64,000 nt of DNA from sequence record PP456878.1; one strand, given 5' to 3'. Made by a program: the position numbers and the translations under genes. This document shows, piece by piece, positions 1-14,336 of the stretch (position 1 is the first letter of the stretch; every line of letters begins with the position of its first letter). The notes below the pieces were generated by a model that saw only the letters and a program-made list of their open reading frames with translations, searched no databases and was not told where the DNA came from. The DNA is from Pseudomonas phage vB_PaePAO1-KEN19.

Positions 1-48
1 GTATTGAATTTCATAATAAATATTCCTATTTACTAATATTAAAACTAT

Positions 49-495
49 TTAATAGTTTCTGAAATGTTCACAAGTCGTTACTTCTTTCAGTCGTTTGATG
101 ATGTAATCTCGACTTTTATTGAATTGAAGTTTCTTTGCGTCATCCAGTTCATCCCATTGTGTAATTCTGGCCAGTTCAGGAACATTGTCATATTTTGCTT
201 TGTTAAGTTTTTTAATCATGTCCCATACATAGCAACCTTCGATAAACCACAAAAGACTCGTGTATGTATCCTTGTCAATTAAATTTACTCCATAAAGACT
301 AAGGTCAACCTTGGCTTCTTCTGCCATTTTAATGGTTTTCTTATAATTATCAAATACATTGTGGAGGTTATGCTCTTCGCCACTGCTATCACAGTTTTCA
401 ATAGCTTTCATCAACTCCGGAAATGTATCACTATAGAACTTGATCAATTTACGAGTAATCGCCTCTTGCACTTTCTGCTTTTTAGTCTTTGCCAT
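49..495 (-). CDS. hypothetical protein (148 aa)
   Basis: ORF track. Early-promoter-like motif at 554-573 upstream; hairpin 594-613 separates it from the upstream gene. No recognisable catalytic motifs. Confidence 0.5.
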   Translation of the reverse strand: MAKTKKQKVQEAITRKLIKFYSDTFPELMKAIENCDSSGEEHNLHNVFDNYKKTIKMAEEAKVDLSLYGVNLIDKDTYTSLLWFIEGCYVWDMIKKLNKAKYDNVPELARITQWDELDDAKKLQFNKSRDYIIKRLKEVTTCEHFRNY

Positions 496-553
496 TTTAT
501 TTCCACCTATTTACATTAAGTTGTATGATAATGTTTACAGTATTGTCACAAAT

Positions 554-573
554 GTAATATACTGTTTAAAATG
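554..573 (-). promoter_or_regulatory. early-promoter-like element (minus strand reads CATTTTAAACAGTATATTAC)
   Basis: Contains TATATTAC, which matches the phiKZ early-promoter consensus as I recall it. About 60 nt upstream of gene 49..495. Near-identical copies at 1742-1760 and 38387-38406. Confidence 0.5.
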
Positions 574-593
574 GTTTGAATATACGACATAAA

Positions 594-613
594 GCCTTCC
601 CCTGAGGGAAGGC
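594..613. terminator. GC-rich hairpin GCCTTCCCCTGAGGGAAGGC
   Basis: Perfect 8-bp stem; flanked by CATAAA on the left. Confidence 0.5.
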
Positions 614-618
614 CAATG

Positions 619-1107
619 TTAAACCGATGAATCTATCCACGGTGGATAAACAACCACAATCTGGTTAGGCATGTGATTAGACCAATCTTCAATGATAGTT
701 CTAACATCAGAGAAATCTAATCCACCATTAGCACACCCTAGAGGTGGTATGATAATTTTCCAATCTGGATGAATACAGTCTTCTTCATTTTCCGCAGAAT
801 CCGATACGTTCTCCATCATCCACTCTAGACCACGTTCAATGAAACTAATTTGAGATGGGTTCCGCCAGTTATCCTTAGTAGGAAACATCATGAAACGTTT
901 ACCATCGGATGCTTTGTAAATAACCGGATTACCAATAGTAATAATTCTCTTTTTGCAATCGTGTTTGTATCTTTCAAAAAGTTCAGGATACTTTTCTTTA
1001 AACGATTTGGCTAAACCAGCGCCCATGACGCCAACAACATTAACAGTGATTAGATAAAGATCACCAGGTACATTGAATATATCTTTACCTATAATAAATT
1101 CAGCCAT
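619..1107 (-). CDS. macro-domain-like protein (ADP-ribose binding/processing fold), 162 aa
   Basis: N-terminal VNVVGVMGAGLA resembles the macro-domain VNAAN..GGGV segment. C-terminal IIIPPLGCANGGLDF resembles the macro IAFPxISTGxxG loop. Sits in an early-promoter-driven cluster. Confidence 0.5.
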   Translation of the reverse strand: MAEFIIGKDIFNVPGDLYLITVNVVGVMGAGLAKSFKEKYPELFERYKHDCKKRIITIGNPVIYKASDGKRFMMFPTKDNWRNPSQISFIERGLEWMMENVSDSAENEEDCIHPDWKIIIPPLGCANGGLDFSDVRTIIEDWSNHMPNQIVVVYPPWIDSSV

Positions 1108-1187
1108 GATAATGGCTCCTTCTACAAGAGTACTAATGAGAAGATCAAAACATAGACCTTCTCATTAGATTGGGTGCATTTCCAGGC

Positions 1188-1664
1188 TTATTGGATTTCT
1201 GGATTAGCGTTGTAGAAGCCAATATAAGCCTTATTAAATTTCAAGTAATAATTATACTCTGAAGGCTCACCAGTTATTTCCCTAAATACCTTAGCAGTTA
1301 TAACTTCGAACTTAGAACGCCGTAGCATTGGGAATAATTTCTTACTGCGCGATAGCTCACACAATCTAATCGAGATAGCTTGATCTTTAAATAAACCTGA
1401 TTTAGTAAAGAAAGCACCTTCATGAAGCCATTGAATTACTTCATTGAAGTCTGCGCGCCATTTCTTATGCTCATTTAAAGTTTTACCATTTATAAGATAC
1501 CATAAAGCTCTAACTTTAGATCCAATAGTAAAAATACCTATTACCATTACTGCTAGACATATAGCAATTATAAATGACATATGTCCTCCTAAATACCATT
1601 GAAGATTAAAGTTCCTATTAGTGAGAGAATGAATAACACGACCACATGATGAAGTTTTATCCAT
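1188..1664 (-). CDS. small membrane protein (158 aa, one N-proximal TM helix)
   Basis: ORF track; hydrophobic stretch SFIIAICLAVMVIGIFTIGS. Early-promoter-like motif 1742-1760 upstream. Confidence 0.5.
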   Translation of the reverse strand: MDKTSSCGRVIHSLTNRNFNLQWYLGGHMSFIIAICLAVMVIGIFTIGSKVRALWYLINGKTLNEHKKWRADFNEVIQWLHEGAFFTKSGLFKDQAISIRLCELSRSKKLFPMLRRSKFEVITAKVFREITGEPSEYNYYLKFNKAYIGFYNANPEIQ

Positions 1665-1741
1665 GTTTCAGGTACTACCGGTTGTTTAGGTTTATTTAAA
1701 GGGATGTTTTCCATGTATATACTCCACATTAGTTCATATGT

Positions 1742-1760
1742 GTAATATACTGTTTAAGAT
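1742..1760 (-). promoter_or_regulatory. early-promoter-like element (ATCTTAAACAGTATATTAC)
   Basis: Same AACAGTATATTAC core; about 80 nt upstream of gene 1188..1664. Confidence 0.5.
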
Positions 1761-2192
1761 CTTTCAAATACACCTTTCCAATTAGTAGGTCTTGGATAGG
1801 ACCTAGGTAGTGATTCAGAATGTATAATGAATCCCTCGATATCCCCTTCTTTTGTTTTAACAGCAACTATATCTTTGATAATACCTTTTATTTGTAATAA
1901 GCTATTCATAATCTCACGATAGAGTTGATCAAATCTATTTGCAATGATATTAGGATTTATTGGATAACCACAAATTGATTTATAGAAACTACACATTACA
2001 TCATTGTATCTATCTGGAACACATGTCCAAAAGAAATTATGTCGTTCTTTAATATAAAGAATGATCAAGTAGTTAAGATCATCTTCATCTTTTGCGGTAT
2101 AATTAAAGTATTGTTTTAATTCAGAAAAGAATTGTTGTGACCACCTCACATCAACTCGTATAAATAGTTGTTCCATAATACACCTAAATAAA

Positions 2193-2200
<8 letters not shown>
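1754..2200 (-). CDS. hypothetical protein; true start probably the ATG at 2176 (track start is GTG)
   Basis: ORF track; hairpin 2193-2212 overlaps the track start. Internal ATG GAA CAA (MEQLF) is the more plausible start. Confidence 0.45.
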
Positions 2201-4166
<1,966 letters not shown>

Positions 4167-4170
4167 GGTA

Positions 4171-7226
<3,056 letters not shown>

Positions 7227-7261
7227 TTAAGATCATAAGATCATGGTCTAACAGCATAAAA

Positions 7262-7280
7262 GGGAGCCATGAAGGCTCCC
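7262..7280. terminator. hairpin GGGAGCC-ATGAA-GGCTCCC with CATAA / TTATG flanks
   Basis: AGCATAAAA-stem-CGTTATGTTT. On the minus strand the stem is followed by TTTTATG and the next gene start. Confidence 0.55.
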
Positions 7281-7291
7281 CGTTATGTTTG

Positions 7292-9742
7292 TTACTTAAT
7301 GGCACGATTCACAGCAGTGTTAATTGCATTGGTAAGAGCTACAATGTAATCAACTAGAACGGTGTGGTTTTCAGCCGATTGGCCAACAACTTCCCATACT
7401 GCACTAGCTAGTTGCCGGACTTTCTTTTTACCGGCTTTACTATCCATGCTAGCCACTTTAGAGATATCACGGTTAGCTTGGTCAAGACGACGTACACCGC
7501 GGTTACCGCTAACTTTTAGAGAGGCATTACCAAGACCAATTAGAACTTTAGAAAGTTTCATTAGTTCAGTAACGTCCTTACGGCTAACTTTAGCAGTAGC
7601 AGTACCGGTAGCACCCCATTCACCAGTTGGAAGTGCAATAGCAGCTAATCGTTCAATATCTTTACTAGTGCGACCAGTTACATCACGGCCAGACTTCTCG
7701 AAGGTAAAACTACCTTCTAGTTTTCCACTGATAAATGAACTCTCAGGATATTTCTTAACAGGTACTTCTAATTTAGTTGCTTCTTCTAGAGCCTTATCAA
7801 TAGCTTCTTCACTATCAGCTTCAATAGCAGTTGATAGGTGACCAACTAAACGTTCGATGTATTCACCATCGATTTTGAAGCATTTGTTAATAATATCGCT
7901 AATACGACGAACTTCTCCAGCAACACCGCGTACTAGATTATCATCACCTTTTAGAATACCATTAATTTTGATTTCTTTATTTTCAAAATTATCAGTATCT
8001 TTAAGCTTAACTAGAAGTTGGTCAGCTTTAGTATTAGCTGCGGCTAGTTCTTTTTGGTTAGCTTTAACATGGATGGATGCATTTGCACCTTCAGCAATGT
8101 TGTCGATAATATTTCGAACAAACTTACCAATAGTGCTATTAAATGATTCTAGCGAAGTAACCATCGCCTTATAGTAATCTTCTAGATTACCATAACCATA
8201 ATCTTCCATTGCTGGAACACCAGGTGAATAGACATCAAAGGCGTTATGCAGGCGTTCTAAACAGCTATTAGCATGTACGATGAACTGAGGACTATATTGC
8301 TTATGTTCTAGGCCATAATGTAGAATCTCAAGCATGGATTCATTTGATGCCTGCTCTTCAAGTAATTGACCAATGGTTTTCTTACCATCTTCAATGTCAT
8401 CTTCAAGCTTATCGGCTTCTTCAACTGCCTCATCAGCAGTCTCGTCAGCTTCTTCAACATCATCTTCAGTTACTTCTACGTCAACATCCGGGATGTCAAT
8501 TTCACCTTCAGCTAACTTTTCTTCGATGTCATCTTCTGAAACGTCATCATCTGTTTCTGCAACAATTGTTTCACTGTCGTCTTCAACAGCACCTTCTTCA
8601 ATTGTTGGTTCGGAAATAGTAGATGCCGTTTCGGTTTCAGCAACTGTTTCTTCAGTTTCAGCTTCATTGATTAATACATCAGTAGAATCACTGTCATCAT
8701 TAGTTAATTCTTCTTCAGCTTCATCCCGAACTTCTTCCAATTCGCTTAAGCCTTCTTCAGCTACTTCTGCTGTTTCGGCAGCTTCTTCTACAATTGGATC
8801 AGTTACAGCTACTTCTTCATCAACTGCTACGATTTCATCTGGTTCAGCTTCAGCAGGAACACTTTCAGATTCCGCCTCTACTACTTCAGCTACTTCACTA
8901 TCAGTTGTATCCGGCGTATCTTCTACGGTTTCAACAACTTCTGTTTCAGCATCAGCTACAGCTGGTTCAGTAATTTCGACTTCTTCTGTTTCAGTGATCT
9001 CTGTCTCAGGTTCATCATTGGAACTTTCATCAGCAGTTGTTTGCTCAGCACCGGCTTCTTCAGGAGTTACATCGTCATCAATACCAGGGACTGCTTCACT
9101 TACAACTTCACCAGCATCTAACACTTCATCTGGTAGTGTATCCATGGTTGATGAAACAGGTTCATCACCAGCTGGAAGTTCCTCAGATAGTGGTGCAGGC
9201 GGTGGAGTTTCGTCACCAAGTGGGGTTTCTTCAGTGGGGGTTAATTCCACTGCTGTTTCACCAGGTGCTTCTGCAACAGGTACTAGTTCAGTATCATCAG
9301 CCGCATCTTGTGCAGCTTCAATAATTTCAGTGGTTGAATCTAAAACCTCTTTACCGCCTTCAGAAATTGTACCGATTTCTTCAGCGATTTCAGCTTCAGC
9401 AACTTTAACTGCTTCTTCGCCTTCTTCGACACTAGTGGTAGCTAGCGGTTCAGGAATACTTTCCTCAACAACAGTTTCTTCTGGTACAACTTCTTCAACA
9501 ATTACTGCTGACTTATCAGCAGCATGTGCTGTTTCTTCATGTTCTTCAGCAGAGATAATATCAGTATCTGTTTTAACAGTTTCATTCTCAATAGTTGCAG
9601 ATGCATCATTATCTTTCTTTAAATCTTGAACTAGTTCATGATCATCTTTAACAGATGTCTCGACTTTGGATACATCCTGTTCCACAGCCGTACCATCTTG
9701 GTTCTCAAGGCTGGCTACATATTTGTGAATATTTACCATCAT
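7292..9742 (-). CDS. hyper-acidic Glu/Thr/Asp/Val-rich protein (816 aa) with a C-terminal helical domain; inner-body/scaffold-like
   Basis: About 430 aa of low-complexity acidic sequence (EETVVEES..., TDDDVSEDDIEEKLAEGEIDIPDVDVEVTEDDVEEADE) followed by a non-repetitive C-terminal domain. TTATG motif at about 9790 upstream. Confidence 0.6.
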   Translation of the reverse strand: MMVNIHKYVASLENQDGTAVEQDVSKVETSVKDDHELVQDLKKDNDASATIENETVKTDTDIISAEEHEETAHAADKSAVIVEEVVPEETVVEESIPEPLATTSVEEGEEAVKVAEAEIAEEIGTISEGGKEVLDSTTEIIEAAQDAADDTELVPVAEAPGETAVELTPTEETPLGDETPPPAPLSEELPAGDEPVSSTMDTLPDEVLDAGEVVSEAVPGIDDDVTPEEAGAEQTTADESSNDEPETEITETEEVEITEPAVADAETEVVETVEDTPDTTDSEVAEVVEAESESVPAEAEPDEIVAVDEEVAVTDPIVEEAAETAEVAEEGLSELEEVRDEAEEELTNDDSDSTDVLINEAETEETVAETETASTISEPTIEEGAVEDDSETIVAETDDDVSEDDIEEKLAEGEIDIPDVDVEVTEDDVEEADETADEAVEEADKLEDDIEDGKKTIGQLLEEQASNESMLEILHYGLEHKQYSPQFIVHANSCLERLHNAFDVYSPGVPAMEDYGYGNLEDYYKAMVTSLESFNSTIGKFVRNIIDNIAEGANASIHVKANQKELAAANTKADQLLVKLKDTDNFENKEIKINGILKGDDNLVRGVAGEVRRISDIINKCFKIDGEYIERLVGHLSTAIEADSEEAIDKALEEATKLEVPVKKYPESSFISGKLEGSFTFEKSGRDVTGRTSKDIERLAAIALPTGEWGATGTATAKVSRKDVTELMKLSKVLIGLGNASLKVSGNRGVRRLDQANRDISKVASMDSKAGKKKVRQLASAVWEVVGQSAENHTVLVDYIVALTNAINTAVNRAIK

Positions 9743-9841
9743 GTTAATATACCTTCTGTACAGAGTTTATGAGTTATGCTATTCGTCTTAGTCATAACTC
9801 CAAGCGACGAACGTTAACATTCAAAATATTGCGCTGGAATC

Positions 9842-10957
9842 TTACTTTAGATTTTCATCGCATACATTGAGTATGGCAGTCAAATTACGACATGTTAATT
9901 TAAATAGGTCGTGATAAGGAATAGCCAACCAATCAACATATGTTTCTACCAATGAAACAAGTTCTTGTATTTCTCTATCAGGTCGCCCTTCATTACGAGC
10001 ACGTGTTAGTTCATCTCTAAACCTGATTAATGCACCTTTAAGAGTCCTTAACCGTTCATTTCGACGAGTACGCATTGATGCAGCATTTGCACGATTGATC
10101 TTATCAACTACCTTAACAACTCGATCAATAATACTTTCAGTAACTTGATGGTTGAAATGTTCAAATTCTATTTCGACTGGTAGTGGTCTAGGGGTTTCTT
10201 CAGATGGAACTAACCGTGAAGAAATATCCCTACACTGATCATAAGCACTTGCATTCTTATCGGGATTATAGTTAATTACAATTTGATGATTACCTAGCAA
10301 ATGCAATGATACAAATCGATTACCTTGATCGCGATAAACAGATGGTGTGGTTATTTTAGTTGGGGCACTATTTAATAGTAGTTCTGCTAAAGCATCTGGA
10401 CTAGCATTTGGATTCATATACGAAGGTATGATATTAGCTGGCCTTAGAATCACATTGTCTAATCCATTGATATACCCATCAACTACTGTCTCCAATACGC
10501 GTAAGTGAGATAACAAATTAGCACTATTGGTAATAGGTTTATATCTAACACTTAAGTTCTGAATACGAGTTGTAATTAGAAATGTAGGATTCTTATTTTT
10601 ACGAGTTCTAGCACGACTGTTAACTCGTAAGTTTTCTGCTCGAATTGCAACATATTCAGCAGTAGCTGCTAGCACTACTCCACTATCCATCAGTTTCTCA
10701 ATAGTGGTAACAAATAGTTTTATAACTCGATCAATAACATGTTTAATAGTATCACTAATATCTTCAGTAGATACAACATCCTCTAATTCTTTGATAACCC
10801 CTTGGATCTGATTATAATCTTCCATACCGCCTAATAGATCCATCACTCGCCTAGCTAACGCTTCATCGCCTGATAATAAATCTGCAAGTCTTTTAGGTTC
10901 ATCAAGATCAATAATCATTTCATCTGGAGTATCTTTATAAATATCAATTAATTCCAT
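9842..10957 (-). CDS. hypothetical protein (371 aa)
   Basis: ORF track. Hairpin 10976-10999 with CTTATG about 20 nt upstream of the ATG. Confidence 0.5.
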   Translation of the reverse strand: MELIDIYKDTPDEMIIDLDEPKRLADLLSGDEALARRVMDLLGGMEDYNQIQGVIKELEDVVSTEDISDTIKHVIDRVIKLFVTTIEKLMDSGVVLAATAEYVAIRAENLRVNSRARTRKNKNPTFLITTRIQNLSVRYKPITNSANLLSHLRVLETVVDGYINGLDNVILRPANIIPSYMNPNASPDALAELLLNSAPTKITTPSVYRDQGNRFVSLHLLGNHQIVINYNPDKNASAYDQCRDISSRLVPSEETPRPLPVEIEFEHFNHQVTESIIDRVVKVVDKINRANAASMRTRRNERLRTLKGALIRFRDELTRARNEGRPDREIQELVSLVETYVDWLAIPYHDLFKLTCRNLTAILNVCDENLK

Positions 10958-10975
10958 TGCTAACTCCTAACATAA

Positions 10976-10999
10976 GACGGGACTCTTCCGAGCCCCGTC
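10976..10999. terminator. hairpin GACGGGACTC-TTCC-GAGCCCCGTC with CATAAG / ATATG flanks
   Basis: One mismatch in a roughly 10-bp stem. Confidence 0.5.
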
Positions 11000-11018
11000 G
11001 ATATGTCGTCACTTATCA

Positions 11019-12662
11019 TTATTCTGCTTGGAATTTAGTGTTAATTACACTATTATAAAGTCCAGTTGCAGTATTTGCGTAACGCATTGCTTCACGAATA
11101 ATGGAGTCATGTTTAGGTGCACTATCTGTAATAATAGATGCTACCTTACGTGATACTTCTTCGATCTGTTCTTTAGAAACATCGTCGATTTTATCACTCT
11201 CTAGTTTCCGTGAAAGTTGATCAACATCATCTTCAAGTTGCTTAATGGCTTTAACAATATTCCGACCGCCAGTGATAACATCAGCTGCATCATCAACCAG
11301 ATTACGTAGAGCTACCGCTTCTTTCTTAGCTTGACTCTTATCAAAGTTCTTTAAAGTCACTTCAGTGCCAGGTTCTGCGGCTGTCTCATCATCCGTTAGA
11401 TATACTTGAGTAGCAGTCGTAGTTACAAGCTTATTACCCGGTAAAGTGTTAGATGTACTAGCGTAGTGTTTGAGAGGTCCATCTTGAAGTTTGTCCATCT
11501 TCTCAACTAGTTCACTAGCATCATTACGCTCTGGATCCCAAGCTTTAAGCACAGTACCAATATTCGTTAGGTAGGTAGCATAGTCTTTTGCATATACAGA
11601 TGCTATCCATTTAACGATAGGGCCATATCCAACGTTAGCTGAAGGCTGAATGAATTTACCATTAGCAAATACGGGTCCACCATTTTTAACAGGAACCGTT
11701 AATTCACTGGGTATATTTTCAAACTTAGCATTTTGGATAGCTAAAATGAGTTCATCAACTTTTACACTCACACGCGGTACACTATTCTTAAGACTATCCC
11801 ATACGTGGCTAATAATTTCACGTAGTTTAGCAATAGCTTTCTTGATATAAGCAAGCGCCTTACGACTTAACTCTTTAATATCCTCAGTTGAAATCTTAAC
11901 TGGATATAAATGACTTTTACCACCAGTCGTATAGTTTTCTAATGAGCTAGTTAAAGTATTATCACCAAGTACATGACGATGTGGTAAGAGTGCAGAATGA
12001 ATAAATGCAGCTGTACTTTGACTGATACCATTAATACCAGCTTGTCGAACAAGAGCTTTAATCGACTCTAGGGCATATGCGGTATTTAGACCTTGATTAA
12101 TATCTTGCACTGCTGTAGTAACTACTTGTGCATTACCAATGTCCATGAAATCAGTAGGTTTATCCATATCCACTGCAACAGCGATCTGTGGCACCACGCC
12201 ATTATGCGCTAGTGGAATAGAACTATCTTTGGCAGCCTGATCAGCGATTTGCTGAGTTACTGTTTCACCACCTTGTGGTTCCTCTCCTTCGGCACCTGCT
12301 GGAATAACTGTTTCAACAGCAATATTAGGTTGTTCAGGAATAGGGGGTACTTCTGTTACTACATCTGTTTCAACTACGGTAACTGGTACAGCTGGTTGTT
12401 CAACTAGAGTAGCAGCTGGAGTCTCAACAATAACGCCATTATTAGGAGTATTAACAATAGTGGTATCTGCATCCACTGGTGCAGTTGGTGTTACACCAAC
12501 ATTATTGTCAGTCACATCTTGAATAGTATTTTCAGGTACAGCGTCTTCAGAAATACAATCGCCACTAGTCATGGCTGCTACTTTATCAACTGCTGTTTCA
12601 GGAATAGGTACCTCAGTATAGTCTTCTAGACTATCTAGATACTCATTGAGTTTAAATGTCAT
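11019..12662 (-). CDS. paralog family member 1 (547 aa), inner-body-like
   Basis: Shares the motif RQAGINGISQSTAAFIHSAL with the two downstream paralogs (QAGEDGISRQAAAFMHVGM and NTAGDRGITKQSAAFMHVTL). Confidence 0.55.
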   Translation of the reverse strand: MTFKLNEYLDSLEDYTEVPIPETAVDKVAAMTSGDCISEDAVPENTIQDVTDNNVGVTPTAPVDADTTIVNTPNNGVIVETPAATLVEQPAVPVTVVETDVVTEVPPIPEQPNIAVETVIPAGAEGEEPQGGETVTQQIADQAAKDSSIPLAHNGVVPQIAVAVDMDKPTDFMDIGNAQVVTTAVQDINQGLNTAYALESIKALVRQAGINGISQSTAAFIHSALLPHRHVLGDNTLTSSLENYTTGGKSHLYPVKISTEDIKELSRKALAYIKKAIAKLREIISHVWDSLKNSVPRVSVKVDELILAIQNAKFENIPSELTVPVKNGGPVFANGKFIQPSANVGYGPIVKWIASVYAKDYATYLTNIGTVLKAWDPERNDASELVEKMDKLQDGPLKHYASTSNTLPGNKLVTTTATQVYLTDDETAAEPGTEVTLKNFDKSQAKKEAVALRNLVDDAADVITGGRNIVKAIKQLEDDVDQLSRKLESDKIDDVSKEQIEEVSRKVASIITDSAPKHDSIIREAMRYANTATGLYNSVINTKFQAE

Positions 12663-12749
12663 GTTATTTCCTCAAGGAATTTCTTTGCGCGCGTTTAACA
12701 ATAAACCATAGAATTAGGTACTTAGATAAAAATGAACACTTAGATATAT

Positions 12750-14267
12750 TTATTGGCCATATCTTTCTAATTCCATATTACAAACAGCATTTCGTTGCTT
12801 TGCAATACGTAATAGGTAACTAATTAGTGTTGCGTATTCTGGTGACATATCGGTAATAAAGCCATTAACTAAAGATATAATCTCATTTGCATCATCACGA
12901 GCACCTTTCCAAATAGCTTTAGACCTACGTAGCTCCATGTCCTCAATGCCCTGTGCAACCTTCTTCAGTTGTTCAAGGACATCTTTTTCAGCTTTAAATA
13001 GATCACCTAAACGACGAATAGCTTCTTTATTAACTTCTAATGTTTTACGCACTTCAACAGGCGGCCTTGGCTCGATCGTGATTGTATCTGGACCATCACC
13101 ATGTTTATCTTCACCAAGTCGTGGAGCATATTTATCTTTCTGGAATATAAGTTTACTATTACCAGGTAGAGAAGTATCTTTTACTTTATCTAACTGATTA
13201 GCTTCACCAATAAATTCAAAAGCCTCTTTAAACTTATCTAGTTCATTATCTTCTAAGTCGTAGTCTTTAATTAATTTAACTACTTTATCAATGTTTGATC
13301 TAGCTATATTTGGCCATTCTTTAGCTAGAAATTGACTAACTTTTGTTTCATTAGTTAAATCGTCTAAAACAAATTCATCACCAATGAATAACATTTTAGG
13401 ATTGTCAATTTTAATTGACATATCAAAATCAGGTGTTACCCTTTCATTTGATACAGTTGGCTTATTGATTAAACTTTTCGCTTTTTCAATTAACTCATCA
13501 GTTTTATCTTCAACTGATTTGATTCCAGTTAGTACACGCTGTGCCGCTACTTTAGCTTGTTCAATAACATGGACTATTAAAGCAAGTATCTTTTTACCTA
13601 TACTTTCAATACGTTCTTTTATTTCTTCTTGAGAAATATTTACAAAACGCATAGCGCTGCTAGGGGTTGCATTAAAATCTTCAATACTAATCTTTTCAAA
13701 GCCGATAAGCTTATCAATTGATTCTAATGTAACGTGCATAAAAGCAGCTGATTGTTTAGTAATACCTCTATCACCAGCGGTATTTAATAAATCTATAAAA
13801 CATTCTAAACTAGTACGCGCATGCAGTAATTGATTTAGCTGATATGTCATGTTTTGAGATGGAGGTGCATCATACGCAAAGATATTTAAATGATCATCAT
13901 CACTATCTAAATCTTTACCATCCACTGGTGTAGGTCTATTATCAGGACTTTCTCGGGTATCATGGGGTGATGCTGGATATTCTTCTGATGCGACGTATGT
14001 TTTACCAAATGAATCAACTTCAGTAACTAAACCACGATCTGATTTCCAATGGATATTAGGTTTATGTGCTTCTTCAACATCTAACCCATTATTAGTTGCT
14101 TTTACATCATTTGGTAATTCATCAATTAATTTGGCAGCTTCTTCTGGTTCTTTAGATATTTGCTTGTCGTCTGTAGCAGCGTGCTTTAGTTTGGCTTTCG
14201 CGACTTTTTCTTTTACTTCGACAACACCATAACCTTCTAAACTATCAAGTAACTTATTTAAGTTCAT
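12750..14267 (-). CDS. paralog family member 2 (505 aa)
   Basis: Conserved AAFMHV block and C-terminal (M)ELERYGQ tail shared with neighbours. Hairpin plus CTTATG about 50 nt upstream. Confidence 0.55.
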   Translation of the reverse strand: MNLNKLLDSLEGYGVVEVKEKVAKAKLKHAATDDKQISKEPEEAAKLIDELPNDVKATNNGLDVEEAHKPNIHWKSDRGLVTEVDSFGKTYVASEEYPASPHDTRESPDNRPTPVDGKDLDSDDDHLNIFAYDAPPSQNMTYQLNQLLHARTSLECFIDLLNTAGDRGITKQSAAFMHVTLESIDKLIGFEKISIEDFNATPSSAMRFVNISQEEIKERIESIGKKILALIVHVIEQAKVAAQRVLTGIKSVEDKTDELIEKAKSLINKPTVSNERVTPDFDMSIKIDNPKMLFIGDEFVLDDLTNETKVSQFLAKEWPNIARSNIDKVVKLIKDYDLEDNELDKFKEAFEFIGEANQLDKVKDTSLPGNSKLIFQKDKYAPRLGEDKHGDGPDTITIEPRPPVEVRKTLEVNKEAIRRLGDLFKAEKDVLEQLKKVAQGIEDMELRRSKAIWKGARDDANEIISLVNGFITDMSPEYATLISYLLRIAKQRNAVCNMELERYGQ

Positions 14268-14304
14268 TTACAATTCCTCAAGAATACTTAATTACATAGC
14301 ATAA

Positions 14305-14326
14305 GAGGAACCCCGAAGGGTTCCTC
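14305..14326. terminator. hairpin GAGGAACCC-CGAA-GGGTTCCTC with CATAA / ATTATG flanks
   Basis: Perfect 9-bp stem with a GNRA-like loop. Confidence 0.55.
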
Positions 14327-14336
14327 ATTATGTTTG

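Noticed and set aside
7362-9629. Plus-strand ORFs 7362..7841, 7857..8174, 8344..8619, 8373..9629 (Ser/Thr-rich 418 aa) and 9037..9324
   Set aside because: They are antisense to the hyper-acidic gene 7292..9742. GAA/GAT/GAG-rich codons read backwards give TTC/ATC/CTC, so the Ser/Leu-rich antisense frames stay open as a compositional artefact.
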